Source: Eledone cirrhosa | Lineage: Eukaryota | Direction of reading: 5' to 3' | Assembly: GCA_964016885.1 (NCBI GenBank) | Contig: OZ024741.1 | Location: 202,740,001-202,804,000 of the forward strand | DNA: 64,000 nucleotides | In this document: positions 40,900 through 54,944 of the stretch, piece by piece | Layout of the letters: each line of letters starts with the position of its first letter | How positions within the stretch are numbered: position 1 is the stretch's first letter | Notes under the pieces: model-generated | Seen by the model: only the letters and a program-made list of their open reading frames with translations | Database searches by the model: none | What the model was told of the DNA's origin: nothing | Translations under genes and position numbers: made by a program

Positions 40900-42070
40900 C
40901 AGGAAGAATTAGTAAACCACAATCTGGCAGAGGATGGTGTAGCTACGGGCTTGTCACACTGGTTAGAATTAGTTTTTGTTCTTCTCTTTACATGGTGGGT
41001 CTGGAGAAAGAGAAGGACAGCACTCTCCGAGATTGATGGCCCAGCGTTCTGCGTAGGAAAAATTCAGTTTAGTGATTAGTGTGGGGCCTGAGGTTGTTGG
41101 ACACGATATGGGTGATGAAGGAAAAGAGACGAATAATTCTTGAGTGGCGGAGTAGTGACCATTGCAGTAACGGTCGAAGAATCAGTGGAGGAAGATAGAA
41201 GATAGTGCATATATTGATCAGCAGCAGGAGAGTATCAGAGAATGACTTTAAACCAATTAGCCGAGTGGCGTTTGTTTGGATGCGGTCTACGATATCAGTG
41301 TGAGTATCAAAAGAAACAGGAGTACCTTCCCAAATGTGAGAACAATACGCCATTGTCGCTCTCACCTGAGATTTGTAGAGATTTGAGAGATTTGGAAGTT
41401 GAAGTATTTTCTGTTAATGAAGGGGACCAGTCGTTGGGATGCCATCGAAGCTATGTTGAGGATGTGTGTTGTGAATGAAACATTGTCTGTGTGTGTTAGA
41501 GTGATCAAAGGGACTTTAATTGTGTGCTATTCGTGCTTAATAAAGATTAGTTGCAATTATGTTCTCTTGGGGTGAGCCGTGCTCATGCATTTGCTTTTTT
41601 TTAACTTTTGAAAGAGATGAGGTTGGCTCGACTCCGTTGGAGGGGGCTTTCTAGGACTCAGTGCAGACTTGGTGTAAGGTGTCAAGATTGTATGTGGAAG
41701 ACACTTGGTTGAGGAAGTTTATCGATGAGTGAAGGGTGCTATAATCTGCTGATGAGTGAGATTTATTAAATGCTATATCCAGTTTGTCGTTATTGCCGAA
41801 AAGGATGAACGTGGGAGACAAAACCAAACCATGAGACATATCGATAGGGTGTGGGTTAGTGAAATCCCTGTGGGTACAAACTGCTGTGAAGATCTTAGAA
41901 GAAGCTATCCATTCAAGCAATGATGGACGGATTGAGTCCACAAGCGAGAAGTTTTAAGAGGAAATTCGAGTGCCAGATATGGTAGAAGGGTTTGCTGAGG
42001 TAACAAAATTGTCCAGGGTAACAATGTGTTCACCAAATTTCTCACTTCTGAGTAAAATAAGAGAGTAGAC
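40900..42070 (-). mobile_element. Highly decayed CR1/Jockey-like LINE RT fragment
   Basis: GLVLSPTFILF..ND...ADYSTL and RATMAYCSHIWEG...DRIQ..ATRLI. Confidence 0.6.
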
Positions 42071-42566
42071 CTTCAGTTGTTCTGGTTTTATAGAAGCCAT
42101 ATTGGTGGTCGTAAAGGAGGCTTCAGAAAAAACATATTGGTGGTCGTTAAGGATGGTTTACAGAAGCCATATTGGTGGTCGTTATATCGATTGATTGATT
42201 ACAAGTTTAATAGAAAACAATATCAGCTTTCCATTCGTATCATACATACATTCCAGCATCCCAAACAAAATGGAAGCGAAAATGGGAAAGAAACGTACTG
42301 TAATAATACGATATTCAAACACATCGGTTCAGTAGAGCCTGAGATGAAATCCATCATCTTAGTAATTTAAACGTTATTATTTCGGCTACTGTTCAGGTCG
42401 GCCAGTACTTTGCTCAAGAGGCACAATGCGGTAGTATCAAACTAAGAAAGCCTGTCGGTAATTTCACTAAGTTGACATAGAGGATTCGAATTTGTTTAGA
42501 AATTACTCCTTATTTCACTGTACATTTGCGGAATAGTTATCACAGATATATCGGCTCATATTGTTA

Positions 42567-42612
42567 TCTTTTTCGAAAATGCTCCTTGCATGAATATTTA
42601 TGTATACTCTGA

Positions 42613-42692
<80 letters not shown>

Positions 42693-42904
42693 GTGAGGTT
42701 TTTTTTACAAAATGAAAAATAACCGAGGTGTCCTACACGAGTGGAAGTATAAAGAAAAAGAGATGAAATCGAAAATGCAACTGAAGTCTTATTTTAAAAA
42801 AAAAATATATATATTTATTTGGTTCCTTTACCGGTTTCGCAGTTCTTCTGCTTTTCAAAAGGTGAGTTGAGATGGAGGGTCTGTGGTTTTTCTCACATCT
42901 GAGA

Positions 42905-42938
<34 letters not shown>

Positions 42939-43011
42939 GTGTGTGTGTATATATATATATATATATTCAGAGTATACATAAATATTCATGCAAGGAGCAT
43001 TTTCGAAAAAG

Positions 43012-43013
<2 letters not shown>
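42567..43013. repeat. Inverted repeat (~110-bp arms including microsatellite) around a PLE-type segment homologous to 57915-58045
   Basis: ATCTTTTTCGAAAATGCTCCTTGCATG / CATGCAAGGAGCATTTTCGAAAAAGAT; decayed hammerhead at ~42824-42863(-). Confidence 0.75.
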
Positions 43014-43090
<77 letters not shown>

Positions 43091-44229
43091 TATATATATG
43101 TAGGAGGTGAGTTTTATTGTAGTACAATAAAGCAATGCAGATATCGGATAAGAAGCACTCTACAGTTTGTAGGACTGGAGTATACATAATATATAATATA
43201 TAAGAACAAAAGATATATATATATATTATATATATATATATATAGGAACGAGTAGGACCCCGACGGCTGAGCTCAAGCCGTTTCGACGGCTAATTCTGGA
43301 CGGCTAATTCAGTCCAGAATTAGCCGTCGAAACGGCTTGAGCTCAGCCGTCGGGGTCCTACTCGTTCCTATTACCCACTCTACTACCCTAAGTATTGAGT
43401 ACTTTGGTGCGTTATGGACCACCTAGTTCCTTACCACATTTCCTTCGTTATATATATATATATATAAATATGAGAATAAACGTGGTGCGTGGTTGCTAAT
43501 GGGTTACATATGAATAAAGTTAGTCCTTCATCAGTGATCTTCCAACCATCATTGGTGAAGGACTAACACGTAAATAAAGGGGACACGAGTGTAAACAAAC
43601 AAAGATGGTGAAGCAACGAAAAGTGAGGAAGAAGAAGTCAAGTCCCAAATTTCTATGAATATAAATTCGGTGAAATCGTGAACGAGAGAGAATAAAGACC
43701 AACAAACCTGGTTGGAATGTGAGCAAGGAAGGAATTTCGCACAGGTCTAACAGGAGGAAGAAGGGATCTAGTCTGTGAATTCGGTGAACGTAAGTTCTGT
43801 GAAATCGTAGACGAGAGAGAGAAAAAAAGCGACCTGCCTGACCAAGGGTGCGAAAGAAAAGAATTACGCACAGGTCAAACGGGAAGAAGGAGGAGGAGGA
43901 GAGGTAGTAACAGAGAATGAGTGAGTGAAGGGTGAGGAAGAGGCTAATAGAGAGAGTGACTGCTAGAGAGGGTAAAGATACAGAGAAAGAGGACAGCAGT
44001 AAGAACGAAATAGACGGGTCACAGCGGGGAATATATATATATAACCTTTCATAGGTTATAGATTCCATACACTGGTGGTTTTTTCCCTGTATTATTGATA
44101 ACGCACTATATATCTCTCTCTGGTGTGTTACCTTCTCAACATATTATATTTTAAAGGGCTCAGGATCTCTTCCCCTTTGAGCACATTATTTACAGGGAAT
44201 AACGATGGCCTATGCCTCCGTTAATTTAT

Positions 44230-44288
<59 letters not shown>

Positions 44289-44678
44289 TGTGTATATATA
44301 TATGTGTGTGTGTGTATATATGTGTGTGTGTGTATATATATATATACACCTTTATATGTGTATATATGTATGCATGTATACATATACAATAAAAAATGCA
44401 TGATAAAGAAGGAGAGAGAGAGAGGGGGAGTGAGAGAGAGAATTGAAGAGAAAACCATATTTCCGGTAATTTTATTCCATTTTTATATATTTCTTTGTTT
44501 AATATTTTCCTAGAAAGTGATAAATCAAAAATAAGGTCTCTAAACATCATTGGTGTCCAACGTTGCCTTACACACATTATTAAAGATTTAGTCGAAGTTA
44601 AACAACATTGGAGAAATATAGAAAAAGAAAAGGTTATGTAGAAATGATTAGACTACGACGTTGTTCGTTAATTTGTAC

Positions 44679-44796
<118 letters not shown>

Positions 44797-45380
44797 ATTA
44801 TATGTATATATATATATATATATATACATATATGCATGTATGTATGTATGTATGTATGTATGTATGTATGTATGTATGTATGTATGTATTTATGTATGTA
44901 TGTATGATGACCCCTTTGTCAAGGCAGAATTCTAGGAGAAGGAAAACTCTGATATAACACCTGCAACCCTGATGTTATCCAATGATGTTGACTTGTTGTT
45001 CTTCTTGGTAAATATCATCTTGGTTAAGAGTGTGGGACTGGCTTTGTGCAGTGCCTTTGCTCACTATAAAAGCTTCACGGCACAGGCATTGCTTTATATC
45101 TGGAGATCTCTCTGCACTTGTCACAATGTACCATGGGCCCAGCACTGTGTCAATCATTGTCACAGGTGTAGTGCTTGTACCAGAGTTTTCAAGTCGCTGG
45201 CTGGATTAAAAAGTCACACTTGTTCAGCGCATTGGTAGGGGTTCTCCTACATGGATATAAAGTAGTGGCCGTACTCGAAAACGAGTTAGCAGCCACCATG
45301 TATGTATGTATGTATGTATGTATGTATGTATGTATGTATGTATGTATGTATGTATGTATGTATGTATGTATGTATGTATG

Positions 45381-45412
<32 letters not shown>

Positions 45413-45413
45413 T

Positions 45414-48400
45414 GTTCTTCTGGTTTTATAATTTCACAAAGTTTTACCAATAGAGAGAGAGTCGGTTTCTAACATAGCCACAAGACTCTCTCATTGGAAT
45501 TTACACAACATCAACTAGTTATGCATGCATGTGTAGATATGGATGTTATTGTATGTGTGGATGTGTATGTTTTGAGTTGTATGTGTGCATGTGTATATGC
45601 TTTGTATCTGTACATGTGTATATGCAGTTATTAGATGCAACATGTTTGGAATGTTTTACATATTTTTACTGTTTCATTAATGGATTGTACTTGTAATTTC
45701 CTAACTAGTTGTGTTCTTTCTGTTCCTGTGAAGCCTAGCTTCTCAAGATTTGTATTGAGACAGTTACTAACATAGCCCAGTGCCCCAGTAATCACAGACA
45801 TAAATCTGAAGGTGTAATCAGGGTGGAGTATCTGCAGATTTCTCATCAGTTCTGCATAAATATTCTCCTTTTCACTAATCTTTGATATTATATTGGCATC
45901 TGCTGGGCAGCTAATTTCCACTGCTGTGCATGTTTTCTTCTCCGTATCCCATATGATAATATCTGGTCTGTTATGCCTGCATTTTATTGCGGTTTTTACT
46001 GGAAGATTCCACCAGTACTCTTTCATATTATGTACATGGATGTCTTCCACATTGTGGTAGCTTTTAATGTCTTTATTATCGGGGCTATCTTTTTTACGAA
46101 CTGCATTGTACAGTGTTTTGGCCACTACATCATGCCTCATAGGTAGATAGTACCGCGATGACATCTTTGGACAGCTACTGATGACATGGGTGATATCCTC
46201 GATGTTAGTTCTGCAGAGTCTGCACTTGTTATCACATCTAGGTGTTTTGCCTGCATCCTATCTCTTTTGTGAATCAGGTATTTCGTGCTAATCTCCTGTT
46301 CCTGGATTGCAAAAGCGTATCCTTCAAAGTGGGAGCCAATATAGCGGTTGTTGGTCCAAGATAGACTACTTTCCTTATCTATATTACTCTCACTCTGGAG
46401 CTTCCTGGCAACATATCCATGCATGATTTTTTGCTGATAGGCATGCAGTTTTTCATCCATGGATTCACTGCGACACTGCTGAGCGACATCCCTGGGTGTG
46501 AGCTTTTGATTATCACACAGGGAATATCTCTCGAGGAGTTCCTTCCCAACTTCCATGATCTTATCTGTTTCATGCAGATAGACTTTTTCGAGAAACGGGC
46601 TCCTACGCTTCGAGGTTCGTAGATGTTGTCGGAGAGATATGATGCGACATTCAAATGTTGTCTGGACTGATGTTAGGCCTCTGCCTCCCTGCTTACGTTT
46701 CAAGTAAAGGCGGTCTATGTCACTGTTGATGTGGAAGTTTCCAGTGTTGTTCAGTATTTTTCGAGTTCCAACATCAACTGCTCGGAATTCGTCTATCGTC
46801 CAACTGAGTATTCCAAACGTTGGTGTTAGGACAGGCACAGCAAACACATTGCAGAGAGTTCCGATGACCAGATCTTTCTTAATCGGGTGTAGTATTCCCT
46901 GGTTACGCGTTCTTTATTACAGATACCATTATAGGATATGTTCTCATCTATCCCCAGGTATCTGTAGTAGTCCTCATCAGATATCGGTGAAACAGTTAGG
47001 CCATTGATGACAATGTTGCTAGATTGGGTTGTTGTTTTCCCCCACTTTACAGTCATGTATGAGCATTTATCTTGGCCAAACTCCATTCCTATATCCTTTG
47101 AGAGCGTTGTAACCAGGTCAAGATTTTTCTTCACTCCATCCATGTTCTTGGCATAGAGTTTCAGATCGTCCACAAAAAAATTATGGGTTAGGTTCGTATT
47201 TCTGTCCTCCTGTGAGCCAATGATGTATCCCTCACATTTCTTGAGCAGAAAAGACAAGGGGTTTAATGACAAGATGATAATATCACAGAGAGACTGTCCC
47301 CCTGATATATACCCCTGCAATATTTTATTTTATCAGTGAAAAATAGAGTCCTCCCTCTCTGTCTTTAACCTTAGGATAGTAGCCCAAGAAGAAGACAGCC
47401 TCTCTATGGCGCTGACAATAATGTCTTGGACTTTAGCAAGAGTGGGGAACAGAATCGAAAGCTTTCCTGTAGTCCAGCCAGACTGTAGTCATATTCCTCC
47501 TAAATTGTCGCACCCCCGACATCGCAGTTTTGTTGATTAGGAGTTGTTCAGCACATCCCCAAATCCTTTTCTTTCCAGCTGCTTGTTAATCTGTGTTGAT
47601 GTTATTATTTTCACAGTGATGTTGGAGGAATAGGTTCAGGCAGGCTGTATACATCTTATACATCAGGTTCTGGCATGCAATGGGTCGATAGTTTTTTGCC
47701 AAGTGGGTGTCTTTGTTCTTGGGGACCAGTAATGTTTGTGCTAATGTCAACCATTCTGGTATAAGTGCATCTCCCTTAAGAACTTGTTGGTAGAGGTCAG
47801 TAAGATACCTCTGATAGAATATCAGTTTTTTGTACCAGTAGCCGACCATCATGTCTCTTCCTGGTCTTTTCTTATCTTGGAGTTTTCTTATCACAGTGAA
47901 CCCTCACTTATTTCGTATGTCTTTGTTGTAGTGTAGGAGCAATAGTTCTTTCGGATTTCTCTTAGCCACACTGCATCTTGGTTGAAATTCTTCTTTTCAC
48001 CCTATATTTTTCTCCAAAAGGAATCTATGTCTTTCTGGGATGGGGCCTCAGTGACACTTATTATTTTGCTCTTCATATCTCTATAGACTGATGTTTGGTT
48101 TCGTCTGAATCTTTTATTAAGCACTTTTCTCTCATCTACCTTCTTCAGGTATCGGCGTTTTTCGCTAACAGCTCTCAATTCTTGTTTGAGGGTTATCAGC
48201 TTATATTGGAGAGTTCTGGTTCTACTGTTACCAAACATCGTCTCTATTTTATTTTTCAATCTTTGTTGGTGAGGAGTGAGGTTTTTTTGTGTTTGTTTGC
48301 ATATAAGGAGCATTGTCACATATCCTATGTTTTTTCGTAGGTCAGCAATCTTTTTTTCTATTTTAATTATATATGATGGTATTTTTGGTGGTGTTTTGTT

Positions 48401-49459
48401 CTTGTTAATATCTCTGCTATCACCAAGATAATGCTTCACTGTCGTTGCTAAGGCATATAAACAGGCGTTGATTTGCCAAAATGTTGGGGTTTTTATCCGT
48501 CGTAAATATTCATCCCCTATTTCGTCAATAACTCGTAGTATTTCATTATTTGTTCTTTTTATTCAACATTGTCGTTTTAACACGTTCAGCAAGAGATATA
48601 TTTATACATGAGTTAATTTCTCTCTGGAAGATTTCGTTGAGGGAAATTTTCAATTATTTATACTTTTGATTATCATTATCGATTGTATTTTCCACAACAG
48701 TCGAGGTAGACTCGGATGGTACACGTGGTGTCACATTTATTCGATTATTATTATTATCGATAGTGTTTTTTTCCCCAGCATTCGAGGTAGACTTAGATGA
48801 TACAGGTGGAGTCAAATTTCTTACAGGCATAGTTGTTTCAAGGCGCTGTTCGACCTGGCTGCTAGGAAGTCTAGTAGCATGGCGACCTGTATCACGTGTT
48901 GTCGATAACATGTTTGTTGTTGGGGACTTACAATTAATAATATTTATCTTATTTTTACGTTCAACAAACGTCACTTGTTGGCGTAATTGTTTCGCTGTGA
49001 AATAATTTAGCTCTGGGTGCATTTCGTCCCAGTGTAGCTTCATTCTATTCATATAGCCAATGGAGGGATTGTTTTTTGCCATTTTATAACAATTAAATAA
49101 ATCATTATTAAGTTCGCAACCCCAAGAGAAATGCGATTTATAATTTCGGTTTCTTCTGTAGCTACAACTGAATAAAGTTTGATTACCTTCCTTGTTATTT
49201 GTCTTCGGTACTTCCTTAATCTTTTTGTTGATGTTGTGTTCAGCCATGCTGTTTGTAGCAAATCCTTGTAAAATGAATTATGTATTTAGTCGGATATCTC
49301 TACGAATTCGAATAAAAGGTGTCTTCAGAAGGGATAGTTAGAAGAATAACCAGTTATTCAACCTGACTGTAGTTCTGGCATTACTGTCGGAGATAGTATT
49401 CACCTTAAATTTAATAAATAGTCTCCCACGCCAAAATATGCGACTGATCGCGTTGACTG

Positions 49460-49461
<2 letters not shown>
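45414..49461 (-). mobile_element. Probably full-length, degenerate R4/Dong-type non-LTR retrotransposon (RT + restriction-like endonuclease) inserted in (CATA)n
   Basis: PGRDMMVGYWYKKL, NYRPIAC, WLDYRKAFDSVPH, THNFFVDDLKLY, LYLKRKQGGRGL, CRLC..H..SSC, RHD, RPDI..E..K; (TATG)n on both flanks. Confidence 0.9.
45631..49247 (-). pseudogene. Frameshifted single ORF of the RLE retrotransposon
   Basis: Consecutive ORFs 48654-49247, 48002-48439, 47586-47894, 46826-47320, 46137-46847, 45631-46164 follow the expected domain order. Confidence 0.88.
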
Positions 49462-49491
<30 letters not shown>

Positions 49492-49757
49492 TGTATGTAT
49501 GTATGTATGTATGTATGTATGTATGTATGTATGTATACAGTATATAAGGCATGCAATTCGAAGACTGCGACAATACGAAAAGTGTGTGATTTAAGACAAA
49601 AGAAGGCAACAAAGCTGCTCTGTATCACCTGTACCTTATTGAGATACGACCTTAATTTTCGGGAAAAAAATCTCCCCATCAAAGGTAAACAAAATTTGGA
49701 AAACGGAGAAAACATTTAAGCTAGTACTAGCAGGATGGCCCGGCGTTGCTAGGGATT

Positions 49758-49835
<78 letters not shown>

Positions 49836-49942
49836 TAAAAGATTAATGTTTAAACAAAGATTCGCTGCTTTCACCCTTAACGGGATCTTCTGAAGCTAAA
49901 AAAATCAATCTGTGAACGCAGAAGTAAATATTTCGAGAAACG

Positions 49943-50065
<123 letters not shown>

Positions 50066-50148
50066 CGTCATAATCCTTTCTTTCTGTTTAAGCCGTTACT
50101 AGCTGGGAATGTTAGTAGGAGGTATGAGAAGTGTTAACGTCTTTGTGA

Positions 50149-50217
<69 letters not shown>

Positions 50218-50228
50218 ATATATATATA

Positions 50229-51015
50229 TACAATATATAGAGGGGGAAAGACACAGAATTTGAGTTTTTCTTTACAGCAATTTCAAACCACCAGCGTGAA
50301 GAGAATATAAGCTACTAGAGGCATAGGAAAAACATTAAAATTAAAAGTATAAATTAAAATGAGAAACCAACCTCACCTAAATCACACATGTACACACTCA
50401 CAAGGAGAATGTTTCGCCATTTTAGTGGGTTCCAATTCGGCCCTGTGGGTCATCAGCATGTGGAAGGCCGATATTGTCCGCACTACTAGAGAGAACTAAA
50501 GTAAACTACCTTACGCACGTGTAGACATAAGGGAAATGCGTGCGCGGGGCAGTAACCGGTGGCATGATCAGAACAAGCTGCTAGAAATGGCAGCTTATAC
50601 TATACTATTATGGTGCTCAACAGCAGAGAGAGATCGCAAGGAACAAATATCAAGTAAAATAACGGAGCAAAGACTCGCGTATAATCCTGTAATTTAATGA
50701 GCTCAAAGGAAAGAGTTTTCCCACAGGGCCGAATTGGAACCCACTAAAATGGCGAAACATTCTCCTGGTGAGTGTGTACATGTGTGATTTAGGTGAGGTT
50801 GGTTTCTCATTTTAATTTATACGTTTAATTTTAATGTTTTTCCTATGCCTCTAGCAGCTTATATTTGGTGGTTTGAAATTCTTGTAAAGAAAAACACACT
50901 CTTCTGTGTCTTTCCCCTCTATATATTGTATTTTAAAGTGCCCAGGAAAACTCTTTCCTTTGAGTTCATTTAATTACAGTATTATACGCGAGTCCTTTGC
51001 TCCGTTATTTTACTT
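50229..51015. mobile_element. Complex inverted/tandem PLE-type insertion between (TA)n tracts
   Basis: 50229-50449 inverted at 50720-50930; 50653-50721 inverted at 50945-51014; end resembles 44145-44230. Confidence 0.75.
50385..50462 (-). ncRNA. Type I hammerhead ribozyme
   Basis: CACATG CTGATGA cCCA...TGGc GAAA CATTCTC-loop-GAGTGTG TA CATGTG; stem II weak. Confidence 0.7.
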
Positions 51016-51038
<23 letters not shown>

Positions 51039-51047
<9 letters not shown>

Positions 51048-51469
51048 TAAACAAATAATGAATAAAACAATGAAACAGTTCCTTATATTAAACAAAAAAA
51101 GTTCATTATTTAACGATCGTTTCTAGGATATATATGTGTTAGAATTGGCATGCATATTCAACAGATCTATGTACAAAATTATACAAAATTATACAAACTA
51201 TCAAGATTAAATATACATACCAAACACACATATATGCCGTCTTCAGAAATAATGATTATTTCTGAAGACGGCATATATGTGTGTTTGGTATGTATATTTA
51301 ATCTTGATAGTTTGTATAATTTTGTATAATTTTGTACATAGATCTGTTGAATATGCATGCCAATTCTAACACATATATATCCTAGAAACGATCGTTAAAT
51401 AATGAACTTTTTTTGTTTAATATAAGGAACTGTTTCATTGTTTTATTCATTATTTGTTTAATATTTTAT
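51039..51469. repeat. Perfect palindrome, 215-bp arms with 1-nt centre (51254)
   Basis: Arms complementary by eye along their length; centre AAATAAT-G-ATTATTT. Confidence 0.93.
51255..51403 (+). ncRNA. Type I hammerhead with long stem II (mirror copy 51105-51253, minus)
   Basis: ATTATTT CTGAAGA ...ATATATGTGT/ACACATATAT... GAAA CGATCG TT AAATAAT; base of stem II imperfect. Confidence 0.6.
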
Positions 51470-51601
51470 CTTGACTCTGTATTCCGTTTATCTTTCACCG
51501 AAAGTGATTTTTCATTGCATCTCTTCTTTCCATGATATCCGGAATACATTGAGTTCTTCATACGGATTGGACACTACCGTAAACTCTTGGTAGATTTATC
51601 T

Positions 51602-51662
<61 letters not shown>

Positions 51663-51669
<7 letters not shown>

Positions 51670-52099
51670 ATACTTTGGGAGGGTCATGTTGCCAATAAGA
51701 AACACAAACACACACAGACACCCGGATGTGGCACATGCGCAAACTGAGCACACAACACACACACAGAAACAAAATGGCGTAGGATAGAAGAAAGAAAAGG
51801 CACAGAAACGAAGAAAGGAATCCCCAGTCACTGAAGAGGTCACAGAGTGTGTGACGAAAGGACTATGATTATATATATAAACAACTATCTGGTTGTGGAA
51901 CCAACCAACCAACCAGAAATTTATAATTTATAAGTTTGTAGATTTGTAAATTTATAAATTTATAAATATATAATAAATTGAAGTGAAAGCAACTGGTGCG
52001 TGTGTTTCTTATTGGCAACATGACCCTCCCAAAGTATAACAATATCGGTTTCAACACACGATTTCAGATAAAGAATCTTGCTAAACAAATTCAGAAACG

Positions 52100-52101
<2 letters not shown>
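51663..52101 (+). mobile_element. Non-autonomous PLE (solo pseudo-LTR with inverted end and tail), relative of 3153-7847
   Basis: ~43-bp inverted repeat 51663-51705 / 52002-52044; encodes [27 protein letters not shown]; (TA)n flanks. Confidence 0.85.
51826..51870 (+). ncRNA. Minimal type I hammerhead ribozyme
   Basis: AGTCA CTGAAGA gGTCAC-AGAGTGT-GTGAC GAAA GGAC TA TGATT. Confidence 0.72.
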
Positions 52102-52168
<67 letters not shown>

Positions 52169-52185
52169 TATATATATAGAGAGAG

Positions 52186-52240
52186 ATGTAAGTATGTATG
52201 TATACGTACATACATATATGTATACAGACGTACAGTAGCA

Positions 52241-52296
<56 letters not shown>

Positions 52297-52351
52297 TGCT
52301 ACTGTACGTCTGTATACATATATGTATGTACGTATACATACATACTTACAT
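52186..52351. repeat. Palindrome centred on a (TA)n tract
   Basis: ATGTAAGTATGTATG...CAGTAGCATGC (TA)n GCATGCTACTG...CATACTTACAT. Confidence 0.85.
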
Positions 52352-52601
52352 TTAAGTAAGTGCCGTACTAAGAGTGAGAAATGAAATTTCGTTTTCATTT
52401 TATTACAACTTATATATAGAGAGATATATACATACAGGGTGTCCCCAAAATGTATACACATATTTATTAGAATACTGTTGAAATGTGTATGCATTATATA
52501 TATATATATATATATACATACACATATATATATATCATCATCATCATCATAATATATATATATATATGGATGGATAATGGATGTATATGTGTGTCTGTAT
52601 G

Positions 52602-52721
<120 letters not shown>

Positions 52722-53330
52722 GGTGGCTATAGATGCATGTGATGTGTTAAACCAACAATTACTGCAACTGTTGTAATACAAAAAAATATAGCATTCAACA
52801 AATACCACTTATCTGTGGTATGTATTTCCTCTTCTATATAATATATACTCAAAACACCAGCACCAATAGTTTTGCAAGAGATGTCAACATGAATGGACCT
52901 GTTATTTCTTTTATCTAAAGACACTTTTTCCAATTCCATCGCGCCCGCCCCCTCAATCTATCTTATTTCTCATTCTTTCTTCTAATGAAGGACTAGCATC
53001 CGAAATGTTAAGACGCTCTTCCTGCTATATCAAGCGTTAACCTAATATATCCCTTCTATATACTGTACCGATTGTGTTGTTATTTCTGTTTACTTTTTAC
53101 ACACACACACACATATATATATATATTTCCTCTTTTATATATATATATATATATGCATACAAATTTATATATAACCACTACCTATTAGTCAATATATTGA
53201 TTTACCATGATCAATCAACGCCCTGAAACGATCGTAAAGTCATGAACTAATTAAGAATCTATCTTCGACTTTTGTTTTATCTTCATTGTTCAACACACAC
53301 ACACACACTCTCACACACACACACACACAC

Positions 53331-53429
<99 letters not shown>

Positions 53430-54910
53430 AGTTGAGAAATCAACTTAGTAGGAAAATGCCAAGAAGAATGTATGCTCAATGTGTGTGTACGATCCGCAAA
53501 TATTAAGAACAAATTCCCCCACAAAATTGTACGAATTTAAAATCACAGAGCATGAAATATATATAATAATACAACCAAGGTTTTAGTGAGAATTATAACA
53601 TTTTATTTGTTTTAGGTACGTTTTACCAGTTGTAGAAGTAACAATCGATAAGGATTATTTTCTTATTTTAGTAAGATGTGGAAATTAGATTATTTTATTA
53701 TTTTAGTAAGATATGGAAATTAGATCCATACACAAGTAACGTTTAACAAGCACGAAAGGAAATGTAAAAAAGATGAAAATAAATGCAAATATCCCTACAT
53801 ATGTTAAACATTTATGCGTTTGGATCTCCTATTTAGGAGATGTGTTGGTATTAGGGTGTCTTATTTATAACTAATGACAACCTAATAACGATCTGTCCAC
53901 TAGTAATAATAATATTGGCTTCTGAATTAGGCACAGGGCCAACAATTTTGTGGAAGGGGAAATTTGATTAAATCGGTCCCAGTTCATTTCTGATACTTTA
54001 TTTTATCGACCCCGTAAGGATGAAAGGCAAAGCTAACCTCGGCATGATTTGAGCTCAGATTGTAAAGGGCCGTAACTCTATGCCATAAAGCTTTTGTTTG
54101 GTCCCCCCCCCCATACACACACACACCGATACTGCCAACCCACTGCCCTACTAGTAAAGATAATATTAAACATTTGAATTAACACACAAAGATATTTTCT
54201 GCTAAATCACTGCGGGATGCTAAGAGACAAAACGAAATGAATGAAGAGTTGAAGACTTATGAGGAAATATTTTAAACAGTTATCACTGCCCCACCCCCAC
54301 CCCCCACCCCAGATAGCTGCGCAAAAAGGAATGATAGTAGATGATGTCTGAAATGGAGTTGTACGTCAAGTAAATTGATGAAATGAAGTGTTGTTGATAA
54401 TCTAGCGATAATCTGACAGGTGAGGATAACTGACTACAATTAAAAAGACACAGAAAATATTCTCCAATTGGCACGAACTTCTTTAGTTCTACGCTTCAGT
54501 AATAATAGATAATTGGAAAGGCCTCTTTCAAGATTGTAAAACTAGGATATTGCCAGCTGCCAAACACTGTTCACTTTTGACAACAAAGAAACAAACATTT
54601 CCCTCACGCTGACTCATGGATATCAAATGTTACACTTGCTCCTCATACTGATATCAACTATTACATCTTAGCAATGCTTATATATATATATAATAAAGAA
54701 GAAATTAAAAAGATGGTTAAAAGAGTTCCATATATTTTATTTTGCGCATTTCGAATACAAAATTATCTTGGGACAAAAATTGTGTTCTCCTCAGATAAAA
54801 CAAGGTAACATGATACGAGGCATAATAGTACTTGTTTACAGGAAAGAGCCAAGTCTACATATATATATACACGTACATATATAACATCTTTCTCTCTCCC
54901 TCCCCCCCCC

Positions 54911-54944
<34 letters not shown>

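Noticed and set aside
43520-44068. 182-aa minus-strand ORF
   Set aside because: Pyrimidine-rich low-complexity sequence with internal repeats, inside a (TA)n-bounded repeat
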